Shown here one piece after another: positions 14,951 through 23,644 of a stretch of 64,000 nucleotides of DNA. Position 1 is the stretch's first letter. Each line of letters begins with the position of its first letter. The position numbers were made by a program, and so were the translations under genes. Origin of the DNA: Escherichia phage SKA64; sequence record OM362897.1; one strand, given 5' to 3'. The notes beneath the pieces are model-generated. The model saw only the letters and a program-made list of their open reading frames with translations. It was not told the origin of the DNA and searched no databases.

Positions 14951-15127
14951 TTAACCAATTAGTTCAACCGATTTGCAAATGTAAATCCAAACTGGAGTGA
15001 GCATAAGAGCTATACCGAATACACAATTCCACTTAATTCCCATTTCCTCTATTAGAGACATGATTAAGCCAACAGCACTAATAATCAGATAGATCCCTAA
15101 GAAAGCCATTGTGAAGAATTCAGACAT
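14951..15127 (-). CDS. small membrane protein (58 aa)
   Basis: track ORF trimmed to ATG with GGAG RBS; hydrophobic helices. Confidence 0.5.
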   Translation of the reverse strand: MSEFFTMAFLGIYLIISAVGLIMSLIEEMGIKWNCVFGIALMLTPVWIYICKSVELIG

Positions 15128-15129
15128 AT

Positions 15130-15486
15130 TTAGCTCCAAAGATTATCAAAATAACTAGCGAATAAAAGACGGCCCTCTAATCGTGCCTTCCTTTGATCTT
15201 CAGCATACACGATTTCTGGATTACCACTATCAATAAAAGCATTCTCCATCTTTTCTAAAATATTTAACCACTCTCTTCTACCTGTCTCCTCTTCTTCATC
15301 TGTATACGGCGCACTTCTATTTGGATACAAAACACGCATCAGTTTAGTGGGGATCATGACAAACGTGCTATTGTTTGCCTTCTCACGGAAGGCTTTAATT
15401 CCTGCATAGATTACCTTCCCCAAAGCTGCATCCAAATCCATCAGGTCACTTTCTTCTATTTGAATTTCATCGTGTACAATTTTCAT
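15130..15486 (-). CDS. hypothetical protein (118 aa)
   Basis: ORF track; GGAGAAGG RBS. Confidence 0.6.
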   Translation of the reverse strand: MKIVHDEIQIEESDLMDLDAALGKVIYAGIKAFREKANNSTFVMIPTKLMRVLYPNRSAPYTDEEEETGRREWLNILEKMENAFIDSGNPEIVYAEDQRKARLEGRLLFASYFDNLWS

Positions 15487-15770
15487 CGTGCCTTCTCCCG
15501 ATCTGCATCTAATTTCAACAAGAAAGCTGTATACTCTTCCGAACCTTGGTGTAAAAACATGCGATAAGAGCTTACCAGTTTCTTGGTCGTTGTATAACGT
15601 TCCATTTCCCCAACAACACCTCCACCTAGTGTGTAGAGCACAATACCTTCAACTCCAACATGGGTTACTACTTCAACCAAGTCTGTGTTATCCCAATGAT
15701 AGTTAGGTGACACAATAAGATCGCCAACTGCCAGTTTAATGTTTGCTACTTCATTTTGTGAATAATACAT
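15483..15770 (-). CDS. hypothetical protein (95 aa)
   Basis: track ORF trimmed to ATG with AGAGGAGGA RBS. Confidence 0.5.
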   Translation of the reverse strand: MYYSQNEVANIKLAVGDLIVSPNYHWDNTDLVEVVTHVGVEGIVLYTLGGGVVGEMERYTTTKKLVSSYRMFLHQGSEEYTAFLLKLDADREKAR

Positions 15771-15807
15771 TTGGTCCTCCTCTCTTAATTGATGGAAGTA
15801 GTATACC

Positions 15808-16299
15808 TTACCACATAATCTCGCGCAACTCTTTTTCTTCTTTAAAATTACGTAAGTTTTCCAGTGCACGATTTAGGTCTTCTTCCGTCTCTGCTTTCTG
15901 GACTTTTTCCATCATTTTCGCAACAATATTTTTCTTAACTTGCAAATCTGGAACAGGTATACGTTTTTCCATTTCATAAGCTTCTCGTTTATGACGTTCC
16001 TCCATCTCTGCTTTTTCTTTCACCCAATCCGCCTCGTCCATTGCACCTTTGCAGACACAAGTGTAACCTTTAATAGTATAATCACCATGTTCAATACCAG
16101 GTTGAAGAGCTAAGGCTTCATTACCACAATACGCGCACAACGGACGACCTGGCATTTTCAAAGTTTTGGTAGCCTTAGCGCCACATTGACTATCCCAGCT
16201 TGTTTTATAACTGGAACCGTTGTCTCCGTGAGAACGACCAACCAAGAAGTTACGGAAGAAACCCATAGCACGTTCGTCAATGTAATCAGGGTAAGCCAT
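15808..16299 (-). CDS. Zn-finger protein (163 aa)
   Basis: ORF track; CAYCGN...CVCKG cysteine pairs; AAAGGAGAA RBS. Confidence 0.6.
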   Translation of the reverse strand: MAYPDYIDERAMGFFRNFLVGRSHGDNGSSYKTSWDSQCGAKATKTLKMPGRPLCAYCGNEALALQPGIEHGDYTIKGYTCVCKGAMDEADWVKEKAEMEERHKREAYEMEKRIPVPDLQVKKNIVAKMMEKVQKAETEEDLNRALENLRNFKEEKELREIMW

Positions 16300-16311
16300 T
16301 ATATTCTCCTT

Positions 16312-16605
16312 TCACATTAAGACACGTTTTGTGTCGATGGGTGCATTATCAAACATGTTAAGAACATTGTCAAGCAGTTTTACTAATTCATTTGTAATTT
16401 GTTCTTTTGAACGGGAGGAAGTGAGCACTTTGCTTTCACCAACGATATGCATAACTTTTATAGGAGCGTCTAAAATGATGTTGTGTTGACGATCCTCTTC
16501 AAAAGAAGCCAACCATTTCTCATTGTTACCGTGCAAGGCTACAATCACACCAAAACCGTTAATTGTTTCAGAAATATTCTTAGTTGCTAAAGTAATGTTC
16601 ATCAT
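16312..16605 (-). CDS. hypothetical protein (97 aa), first gene of minus-strand operon
   Basis: ORF track; AGAGAGG RBS; divergent promoter region upstream. Confidence 0.6.
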   Translation of the reverse strand: MMNITLATKNISETINGFGVIVALHGNNEKWLASFEEDRQHNIILDAPIKVMHIVGESKVLTSSRSKEQITNELVKLLDNVLNMFDNAPIDTKRVLM

Positions 16606-16629
16606 CTACCTCTCTTGTTAATGTTCATA

Positions 16630-16657
16630 CATGATACCTGAAAATAATTTCAGATCA
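16630..16657 (-). promoter_or_regulatory. sigma70-like promoter (minus strand, divergent pair)
   Basis: minus-strand TTGATC-N16-TATCAT. Confidence 0.45.
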
Positions 16658-16660
16658 AGT

Positions 16661-16688
16661 GTTGACATGCTTTTTAGTCCTGTTAAGA
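16661..16688 (+). promoter_or_regulatory. sigma70-like promoter (plus strand, divergent pair)
   Basis: TTGACA-N16-TAAGAT, 31 nt before ATG at 16720. Confidence 0.6.
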
Positions 16689-16719
16689 TCAACTCATACA
16701 AAACGAGAGGAGAAAACAA

Positions 16720-17148
16720 ATGCAAAACATGACTTGGACCGAAGCTAAAGAAGCGATGCAGAATGGCAAACGTGTGAAGCACGAATACTTCTGTAGTGAT
16801 GAGTGGTTTGAGATGCAATACGGTGTTATTCTGGATGAGCATGGCTACAATATGTCAAACTGGTTCCGAGGGGAAGCTTGGCAAGAACAGGGTTGGTTTG
16901 TAATTGAAAAAGAAGACAGTAAGGAAGAAGGCGTGTTGTCTAATGTAGAACGCGAGATGAGGGAAACAAAGATACCTGCTTTGGATTTTGTATACCTGGA
17001 AGAACTTGTGGCAGCATCTTTTGTAGCAGGAAACCTTTGGAATACACCTGTTAGCCGACTGGAGAACCAAAATAACCCGTCTGCTCGTAATCACAAGCTT
17101 TATAAGGGTAAAGGTCACAACAAATTAAAGAAAGGAAAGAAGAAATGA
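16720..17148 (+). CDS. DUF2829-like protein (Tad2-like candidate) with basic C-terminal tail
   Basis: N-terminus MTWTEAKEAMQNGKRVKHEYF and GEAWQEQGWFVIEK resemble DUF2829 pattern; ends KLKKGKKK. Confidence 0.4.
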   Translation: MQNMTWTEAKEAMQNGKRVKHEYFCSDEWFEMQYGVILDEHGYNMSNWFRGEAWQEQGWFVIEKEDSKEEGVLSNVEREMRETKIPALDFVYLEELVAASFVAGNLWNTPVSRLENQNNPSARNHKLYKGKGHNKLKKGKKK

Positions 17149-17294
17149 TCTACAAAAACAAGTTCACTGGTTGTCTCCGTAAATTTATCGATAAGAAAGG
17201 GTTTGTTTCTCTTGACAAGGGTGTTACGTGGGTGCAAAATGGCACTTCAGAACAACTGATCAAGGCTTTACCTTACTATGAGGAGGTTTTATGA
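17145..17294 (+). CDS. hypothetical protein (49 aa)
   Basis: hand-translated; AAAGGAAAGAAGAA RBS; ATGA overlaps at both ends. Confidence 0.4.
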   Translation: MIYKNKFTGCLRKFIDKKGFVSLDKGVTWVQNGTSEQLIKALPYYEEVL

Positions 17295-17551
17295 CACTTT
17301 ATCACGTAACTACAGAAGGCGACTGTGAAGGCCGCACTACAAAAGATTTGGGGTATGTTGAAGCAGATTCACCTGAACATGCTATCAAATACCTGCATTC
17401 CATCGGGAAGTATGCGGGTTATGAGTATACTATCTACGAGGTTGAAATTATTAACCTTATACAAGTGGCAACTCCTATGGCAGAGTTGAAACATCTTAAG
17501 GCAAAAGTAAGACCTGGTGTAGTGTCCGATTACAAAGGGGAAGTAAAGTGA
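17291..17551 (+). CDS. hypothetical protein (86 aa)
   Basis: ORF track; GAGGAGG RBS. Confidence 0.6.
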   Translation: MTLYHVTTEGDCEGRTTKDLGYVEADSPEHAIKYLHSIGKYAGYEYTIYEVEIINLIQVATPMAELKHLKAKVRPGVVSDYKGEVK

Positions 17552-17760
17552 GTGGATGGATTAAAGTATCTGGTACCGAGAATGTTCCTATCGGAGAGTG
17601 GCTTGTAATCATGGCAAACGGCAAGAAGGGATTCTGTGAAGTTAACAAAACACGCAATGGCACGATAGCTGTTATCAATGGTCATTTTTATTTTGACTTG
17701 GCACCTGTGATCGCATACCATGCACTACCAACATATGAAGAGGAGATTAACAATGGCTAA
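17548..17760 (+). CDS. hypothetical protein (70 aa)
   Basis: ORF track; start overlaps upstream stop. Confidence 0.55.
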   Translation: MSGWIKVSGTENVPIGEWLVIMANGKKGFCEVNKTRNGTIAVINGHFYFDLAPVIAYHALPTYEEEINNG

Positions 17761-18076
17761 CAAAGAACCACACGTATATACTGCACTGGTAAAGCACTTG
17801 AACAAAGAACGTAACAGGATCATTGCAGATTATCGTAAATTTAAACGTAGTAGTCTAAATCGTAAATACATGCCACATGCAGCTTTTGACGCTACACGTG
17901 CAGTATTTCGTGCAAAGATTGCGGAAATGGATAATCTGCTTAAGCTTGCACGATTATCTATTCAGGCATCCAAAGTAACAGGGGTCACTCACTTCTTTGA
18001 CTTCGATACTAAAGCACTATATGCACCAGAAGCAGGTGAACAATTGATTTATCTACTTACCAAAAATAAGTGTTGA
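17753..18076 (+). CDS. hypothetical protein (107 aa)
   Basis: track ORF trimmed to ATG at 17753 with GAGGAG RBS. Confidence 0.55.
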   Translation: MANKEPHVYTALVKHLNKERNRIIADYRKFKRSSLNRKYMPHAAFDATRAVFRAKIAEMDNLLKLARLSIQASKVTGVTHFFDFDTKALYAPEAGEQLIYLLTKNKC

Positions 18077-18148
18077 CTTTTTTCAAAAAATATGCTACCC
18101 TAACCCCGAAGGGTCGAGCGATAGCGAGTATAGATTATGTAATAGATT

Positions 18149-18228
18149 AATCTCTATCGTTAGATGTTCGAAGAATAGAGATTTAAGTACTTGTTCTTAT
18201 CGGTAGATGATCGTAAGATCAAGAACAA
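18149..18228 (+). promoter_or_regulatory. tandem pair of stem-loops with conserved loop core TAGATG
   Basis: AATCTCTAT-N17-ATAGAGATT (18149-18183) and TTGTTCTT-N22-AAGAACAA (18191-18228). Confidence 0.4.
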
Positions 18229-18245
18229 TAATAGGAGAGTATGTT

Positions 18246-18443
18246 ATGTTAGTCAGTGAAATACTACCTGACTCTAATGGTAATCAGATCACTGTTGATT
18301 GGTTTCCTGGTACTGGTACACTAGATCTAACTGCTGAATGGTCTGGTGATATTTATGGAGAAGGTGTATTATCATTGTCTACAGAACAAATGATCATCCT
18401 TCGTGACTTCTTAATTAGTTTAGATCTAGGAGAAAACAAATGA
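18246..18443 (+). CDS. hypothetical protein (65 aa)
   Basis: track ORF trimmed to ATG at 18246 with AGGAGAG RBS. Confidence 0.5.
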   Translation: MLVSEILPDSNGNQITVDWFPGTGTLDLTAEWSGDIYGEGVLSLSTEQMIILRDFLISLDLGENK

Positions 18444-18709
18444 GTAAAACTTCTGTTGAGTTTATCGAGAAATCCCCTGTTCCAAAGTTATACCGTTTAT
18501 CTGAAATTGAACCTATGTCTGTTTTCTACTACTACGATTCAGAAGTAAGTGAACAAGAACGGGACTACTACTTAGCTACAGATACAGGTGCAGTGTGCTT
18601 AACAGGTTCTCGTGCAGGAGAATACATTGTGACTAGTCGTTTTAATGAAGCAGATTACTGTTGGGCTAAGGTTGAAACTAAGATTGTCATCAACATCACT
18701 AATCATTAA
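18440..18709 (+). CDS. hypothetical protein (89 aa)
   Basis: ORF track; GGAGAAAACAA RBS. Confidence 0.6.
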   Translation: MSKTSVEFIEKSPVPKLYRLSEIEPMSVFYYYDSEVSEQERDYYLATDTGAVCLTGSRAGEYIVTSRFNEADYCWAKVETKIVINITNH

Positions 18710-18731
18710 GACTAATCTGACAAAGAGTTAC

Positions 18732-18761
18732 TTGACATGTGCAAAGCTCTTTGTGTAGAAT
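18732..18761 (+). promoter_or_regulatory. sigma70-like promoter embedded in inverted repeat
   Basis: TTGACA-N18-TAGAAT; ACAAAGAG...CTCTTTGT inverted repeat spans the -35. Confidence 0.55.
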
Positions 18762-18791
18762 AAAGATTCACTTACTAAGGAGATTTTATAA

Positions 18792-18989
18792 ATGGCTACA
18801 AAGAAACAGAAAATGAAATGTCTTACTCTCACTGAACTGGGTCAAGCTTCCAACTGCGTTACTGTTGGTAAGATTTATTCTACAGTTCTTGATAAAGACA
18901 ACAACAGTTTTACTTTCAAAGATGATAACGGAAACCCTCAAGTTGGAATCTACCCTTCCTGTGCTTTTGGTACTTGGGAAAAAGTGTAA
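18792..18989 (+). CDS. hypothetical protein (65 aa)
   Basis: ORF track; TAAGGAG RBS. Confidence 0.6.
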   Translation: MATKKQKMKCLTLTELGQASNCVTVGKIYSTVLDKDNNSFTFKDDNGNPQVGIYPSCAFGTWEKV

Positions 18990-19032
18990 CTAATTAGAGG
19001 GTATACTTGTAAACAAGATTAAGGAGGCATTT

Positions 19033-19206
19033 ATGGGAGATAAACAAAGTAACATCCGTTACGCGCTTTATGGAAGAATGGGTGCAGATTGTGAATGGAT
19101 GCTTCTGTCGCAACGTATACCCTCTTACAAAGAGGCTCTTGAAAAAAGAGACTATTATAAACAAACATGGCGTTTTGTCATTTGTAAACACTATTTGGAG
19201 GCGTGA
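19033..19206 (+). CDS. hypothetical protein (57 aa)
   Basis: hand-translated; TAAGGAGG RBS; preferred over track ORF 19070..19294. Confidence 0.45.
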   Translation: MGDKQSNIRYALYGRMGADCEWMLLSQRIPSYKEALEKRDYYKQTWRFVICKHYLEA

Positions 19207-19514
19207 TGAGTACATTATCATTAGCAGTTACGGTGCACCAGTATTACGAAGAAGCTGTAAAAGATTCAGAAAACCCATCTACATTAGTATTTGAAGATCG
19301 GACTGGTCTTAAATGGGTAGAATATGGGGATGAACTCTACTTTTGGTATCCACAAGGTTGCACAAGTAATTCTAATTTGTATAGTTATGAACTGGAGTAT
19401 CGTGCGCCTGTAGACGAAGATGACAATTACATCATGTATTATGTTAATAATGGTTGCGGTGAAACGTTTAATGTAGTATTCTCTAAAGCCTTGAAGTCCG
19501 ACGAGGAGATGTAA
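19206..19514 (+). CDS. hypothetical protein, paralog A (102 aa)
   Basis: ORF track (ATG at 19206); tandem paralog of next gene (TLSLAV...YEL(E)YRAP..DD.(Y/F)IM). Confidence 0.6.
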   Translation: MSTLSLAVTVHQYYEEAVKDSENPSTLVFEDRTGLKWVEYGDELYFWYPQGCTSNSNLYSYELEYRAPVDEDDNYIMYYVNNGCGETFNVVFSKALKSDEEM

Positions 19515-19819
19515 TGCAGCACAATACGACTTTAAGTTTGGCAGTTGCAGCCCACATGCTGTACAATGATTCTGTGAAGGATGAGTTGTCGCCTGTGAGT
19601 TTAGCTTTCTATCTGATAGACAGGGATTGGATGTTCTCTGGTGAGGATGAAATCTACTACGTAAATTCACGCGGTTTTATTGAAAGTTTTGAACTTGAAC
19701 ATCGTGCACCAACAGCAGAAGATGATCGTTTTATTATGTTTTGTGTAAAAGATGGTTACGGAGAGGTATATGACGTAGTATTCTTCAAAAACCGACAGAA
19801 GACTGAAGAGGAATTCTAA
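19514..19819 (+). CDS. hypothetical protein, paralog B (101 aa)
   Basis: ORF track; AGGAG RBS. Confidence 0.6.
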   Translation: MQHNTTLSLAVAAHMLYNDSVKDELSPVSLAFYLIDRDWMFSGEDEIYYVNSRGFIESFELEHRAPTAEDDRFIMFCVKDGYGEVYDVVFFKNRQKTEEEF

Positions 19820-20182
19820 ATGAAAAGGCTACTTTGTGTCCTGATGTTGATGATTGCCACCAATGCTACAGCCGCCCGTGATGGTTTCAAGATTGGGGTG
19901 GAAGGTAGCCAATTCTTCACTTGGTATGGTGGTGAAGCTGTCTACCAAGTGGATGATAAAAAGTATAACTGCAAGTTTGATCGTATAGATCGTGGAGTGG
20001 ATAATTGGGGTGACGCTTACAAAGCCACAGGTTTCTATTGCACAAAAGATTTATATATTACAGTCAAAGAACCACAAGACAATAGAAAGGTGTTGTTCAT
20101 TGTGGTAAACCCTGCTAAATTTGAAGAACGTAAAGCTTACTATGCAGATATGTTCATTGAATACAAAAAGGAGGAAAAATGA
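19820..20182 (+). CDS. secreted protein (120 aa)
   Basis: ORF track; signal peptide MKRLLCVLMLMIATNATAA. Confidence 0.6.
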   Translation: MKRLLCVLMLMIATNATAARDGFKIGVEGSQFFTWYGGEAVYQVDDKKYNCKFDRIDRGVDNWGDAYKATGFYCTKDLYITVKEPQDNRKVLFIVVNPAKFEERKAYYADMFIEYKKEEK

Positions 20183-20541
20183 GAGAAACAATCGTAGATG
20201 TTGTTATTAATGGTCAACGTTATGTGCCTGTTGTAGAGAAAGCTGAACCAGATGCTTTAGATGTTGTTTTTGAAGACGATGATCTTGGCACTGTTACTGT
20301 ACGTGAATATTTCAGACGACTGCTCTCTACGCTTTGGGAAGAAGAAGATAGTTTCAGTGGAAAACGCCCTTTCGGTAACTCTTGCTGGCAGTTCGATTTG
20401 ATTATTGGTTTGATCGATGCTGGGTACCTGGAAGGTAAAGTTTATCGTGACGAAGATGGTGGTATAGAAGATACCGACTATGATCGTGAAGAAGCAGATA
20501 AGCTCATCCAGGGTCTGATCGCACGTATGTGTTTAGGTTAA
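20179..20541 (+). CDS. hypothetical acidic protein (120 aa)
   Basis: ORF track; AAGGAGGAAAA RBS. Confidence 0.6.
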   Translation: MRETIVDVVINGQRYVPVVEKAEPDALDVVFEDDDLGTVTVREYFRRLLSTLWEEEDSFSGKRPFGNSCWQFDLIIGLIDAGYLEGKVYRDEDGGIEDTDYDREEADKLIQGLIARMCLG

Positions 20542-20542
20542 T

Positions 20543-20911
20543 ATGAAGGTATTAAACTTTTACCATTTAGGCAAAACAATCCCAGAAGGTGCTGTTTATA
20601 TTGGTAGAGCAATGCCACACATGGGGCTAAAAGCCTCCAAGTTTGCAAACCCTTTTAAGTTAAAAGATGATGAACCACGAGGATCAACTATACAAAGGTA
20701 TAAAGAGTGGTTGTGGGAGCAAATTCGTTGTGGTAAGATCACTCTTGAAGATTTATTAGAGTTAGAAGGGAAAGATTTAGTTTGCTTCTGCTCACCTCAA
20801 CCTTGTCATGGAGATGTATTGGTAGCAGCCGTAGCTTGGGCTAGAAAAGAGTGGGACAAAAGGCATCCTACTTATGTAGACAATTATTGGATTTGGGAGG
20901 AGAATTTTTGA
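20543..20911 (+). CDS. DUF4326-like protein (122 aa)
   Basis: ORF track; CFCSPQPCHGDVL motif typical of a conserved phage family of unknown function. Confidence 0.45.
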   Translation: MKVLNFYHLGKTIPEGAVYIGRAMPHMGLKASKFANPFKLKDDEPRGSTIQRYKEWLWEQIRCGKITLEDLLELEGKDLVCFCSPQPCHGDVLVAAVAWARKEWDKRHPTYVDNYWIWEENF

Positions 20912-21261
20912 AAAATATTATTGATGTGGATGTGTTTGGTATCACAACACTACAAGACAAACAAGCAACATTGTATTATCATAAAAAAGAGGACCAAGCT
21001 TACATCTACATCGGGGCAGAAAAGTTTGGTGTCGGAGATATGGTTTTAAATGTTGAAGGAGATCTTCCTTTAGAACAAAAGTTGAAAGTTTTTCGTTTCA
21101 CAGGAGATGTTAAACTAGACGGCGTTATCGCAATCCTACAAGAAGACCATTATTATATGGTAACTTTCGTTACTCCTGCTTTCTCTGGCCTTAATGGAGA
21201 AGAAGCTCTTAATGATGTTATTATCTTAAAGATTGGTAATGCTTTAAACGATGTAAACTAA
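20908..21261 (+). CDS. hypothetical protein (117 aa)
   Basis: start set to TTG at 20908 after GGGAGGAGAA. Confidence 0.5.
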   Translation: MKNIIDVDVFGITTLQDKQATLYYHKKEDQAYIYIGAEKFGVGDMVLNVEGDLPLEQKLKVFRFTGDVKLDGVIAILQEDHYYMVTFVTPAFSGLNGEEALNDVIILKIGNALNDVN

Positions 21262-21275
21262 AGGAGGGAGTGAGT

Positions 21276-21785
21276 ATGTTCTTTGATGCAAATTCTCTTT
21301 TTGTATCTACAGCAGGGCAGTCTGCTGTTAATGCAGAATTTGAGGAAAGAGAAGAATGGATTGATAATCACAACTACGATCCAAGTAATTTAAACTGGTG
21401 CAGTTTGGATGTTGGTAATCTTAGTAGAGATAATGCACTTAGAGCATACTACTCTGTATATACTGTTGACAATCTTTATCAATACTACGTGTTTCGTAGT
21501 CTTATTGTTAATCTTAATTTAGCTGGACGTTTAAAGAACAATAAGGCATTCACATTGGGACATTATATTCCCTTCCGTAAAGGTGGTGTGCATTTCCCAT
21601 GTAATTGGATTATTCAAACACGAAAAGAAAACAGTTTAGCAGGAGACACCATGCCAAGATTTAAAGATAAGTGGACATGGGAAAAACAAATGGGGTACAT
21701 TAATGCACATTTGCCACCTAATCTAAAAGAACCTTACGCCAGCAGAGCTAAGGAAATGATGAGGATTGTCAAGAGTTTTTATTAA
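21276..21785 (+). CDS. HNH-like endonuclease domain protein
   Basis: AAGGAGGGAG RBS; C-terminal GHYIPFRKGGVHFPCNWIIQTRKEN resembles HNH motif. Confidence 0.4.
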   Translation: MFFDANSLFVSTAGQSAVNAEFEEREEWIDNHNYDPSNLNWCSLDVGNLSRDNALRAYYSVYTVDNLYQYYVFRSLIVNLNLAGRLKNNKAFTLGHYIPFRKGGVHFPCNWIIQTRKENSLAGDTMPRFKDKWTWEKQMGYINAHLPPNLKEPYASRAKEMMRIVKSFY

Positions 21786-21799
21786 GAGAGGAGAAATAC

Positions 21800-23392
21800 G
21801 TGTCTACACAATTGAGTTTTACACCTACTGATGAACAATACGCTATTGAAAGCGGGTATAAAGAAAATCGTTTCGTTACAATTCAAGCTAAATCTGGATC
21901 AGGTAAAACGTCAACACTGTATATGTTGGCTAATGGCACAAATGATAGTATTCTATATTTGGCATTTAACAAAAGTATGGCAGAGGAAGCTCGACGTAAA
22001 ATGCCACCCAATGTTATGTGCCGAACGCTACATTCTATCTGTTACCAACGTCTTCCACAAAACCTTCGACACAAATTGTCTCGTCCAGAAGGTCAATATG
22101 TTAACGTAGCTGGAACTGGTAGCGAGATTGCCAAAAAATTCAAGATTCAGAACTTGATTGATAAGAATGGTAAAGTGCTACTGACTCGTGCAATGATCGG
22201 GTTAATGGTAAAACAAACTTTAGCTAAATATGAGTTTTCTGACGATGAACATATTGGACATAAACATTTTCCTAAAGTGCATATGTCAGATCTTAAACGT
22301 AAGAACATCAACGAACAAAAACTTATTAACGAAGTTGTTAAATATGCGAAGCAACTTTGGCGTGAGCGTATCGATCCTAAATCAGAAACCATTATGACTC
22401 ATGACACCTATGTGAAACTCTTTGAATTGAGCAAAGAAGACTTAGGATACGATATTATTTTTGGAGATGAATTCCAAGATGTTAACCCTGCATTCCTGTC
22501 TATCCTTCGCAATGCTAAATCGGCTAAACGTATTGTTGTTGTGGGTGATGAATTTCAGAGTATTTATCAGTTCCGTGGAAGCCAGAACATGATGAAGCAA
22601 ACGGCTACATATGGGGTTGAGTTGCCTCTGACAGCTTGTTTTCGCTTTGGTCCTAAAGTTGCGGACATTGCTAATGCGATCCTTTCTGATCGTTCACCTC
22701 TGAAGCATCCGCTGGTAGGCAAAGGTTATGATACTGTCACTGGAAGTTTTCATTCTGATGTGGTAGATTATAGTAAACCTTACACCATTATTTTCCGTAA
22801 GAATTTGACTCTGTTGCTCGAAGCTATGGACCGAATCGCTAACGGAGAAGAGATTATTATTAACGTAGATACCAAAGATTTCATTTCTATGGTTGATAGT
22901 GTTAATGCTTTACGTAGAGGCGATTTGGACAAAGTTAAGCATGAGACAGTTCTCCCTTACACTTCTTGGGAAGAATTTGTAGAGTGTGCAGAATCAGATC
23001 CTGATGCAAAAAGACTTTTAAACATTGTTGTTTCTGGTAAAGCTAATAATATTGCATACACTTTACGTATGCACCGTAACTCTCCAACAGCTAAAGTTAC
23101 TTTAACTACAGCCCACAAATCAAAAGGTTTGGAGTGGGATCAGGTTATTGTTGCAAATGACTTCCCTTCCAATTATGATAAGAAGGGTGAGTGGGTAGGT
23201 CTTGAAGAATCAGAACGAAATCTTCTGTATGTTGCACATACACGTTGTATTAAATGTCTGCAATGGAACCGGACTGTTCAAGAGATTTTAGACATGCATC
23301 GTTTAGGTAAGAGCACGGCTCCTGTATCCGAAGAAGATAAGCTTATAGCTGCCCTTGCTCGTAAGATTAATCAAATCAGAGAGGATCGTTAA
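21800..23392 (+). CDS. UvrD/Rep-type SF1 DNA helicase
   Basis: GTG start after GAGAGGAG; Walker A AKSGSGKTS, motif II GDEFQD, motif III VVGDEFQSIYQFRG, motif VI TTAHKSKGLEWD. Confidence 0.8.
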   Translation: MSTQLSFTPTDEQYAIESGYKENRFVTIQAKSGSGKTSTLYMLANGTNDSILYLAFNKSMAEEARRKMPPNVMCRTLHSICYQRLPQNLRHKLSRPEGQYVNVAGTGSEIAKKFKIQNLIDKNGKVLLTRAMIGLMVKQTLAKYEFSDDEHIGHKHFPKVHMSDLKRKNINEQKLINEVVKYAKQLWRERIDPKSETIMTHDTYVKLFELSKEDLGYDIIFGDEFQDVNPAFLSILRNAKSAKRIVVVGDEFQSIYQFRGSQNMMKQTATYGVELPLTACFRFGPKVADIANAILSDRSPLKHPLVGKGYDTVTGSFHSDVVDYSKPYTIIFRKNLTLLLEAMDRIANGEEIIINVDTKDFISMVDSVNALRRGDLDKVKHETVLPYTSWEEFVECAESDPDAKRLLNIVVSGKANNIAYTLRMHRNSPTAKVTLTTAHKSKGLEWDQVIVANDFPSNYDKKGEWVGLEESERNLLYVAHTRCIKCLQWNRTVQEILDMHRLGKSTAPVSEEDKLIAALARKINQIREDR

Positions 23393-23644
23393 ATGGCGGG
23401 GTATCACATAACAGACATTAAGAAACAACCTTATGGCAGCATAGAAAAGATTAAAGAGGAAGTAGAAGAACTTTTTGATGCTGTTGAGCAGGATTGCAAA
23501 ATAATGCAACTTGTTGAATTGTCAGATATTATAGGTGCTGTCGAGGGAGTTTTAGAACAACAGTTCCCAGATATGACTTTACAAGATTTAATCATTATGT
23601 CCAACATTACTAAACGTGCGTTTCGCACAGGAGGAAGGTCATGA
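23393..23644 (+). CDS. small acidic protein, MazG-like candidate
   Basis: ORF track; EEVEELFDAVEQD resembles MazG-type EExxE motif; weak. Confidence 0.3.
   Translation: MAGYHITDIKKQPYGSIEKIKEEVEELFDAVEQDCKIMQLVELSDIIGAVEGVLEQQFPDMTLQDLIIMSNITKRAFRTGGRS

Noticed and set aside
16618-16842. 74-aa minus-strand ORF across the divergent promoter region
   Set aside because: Covers both divergent promoters and the start of 16720..17148; no RBS.
19070-19294. 74-aa track ORF
   Set aside because: No RBS; overlaps two RBS-led genes (19033..19206 and 19206..19514) in another frame.
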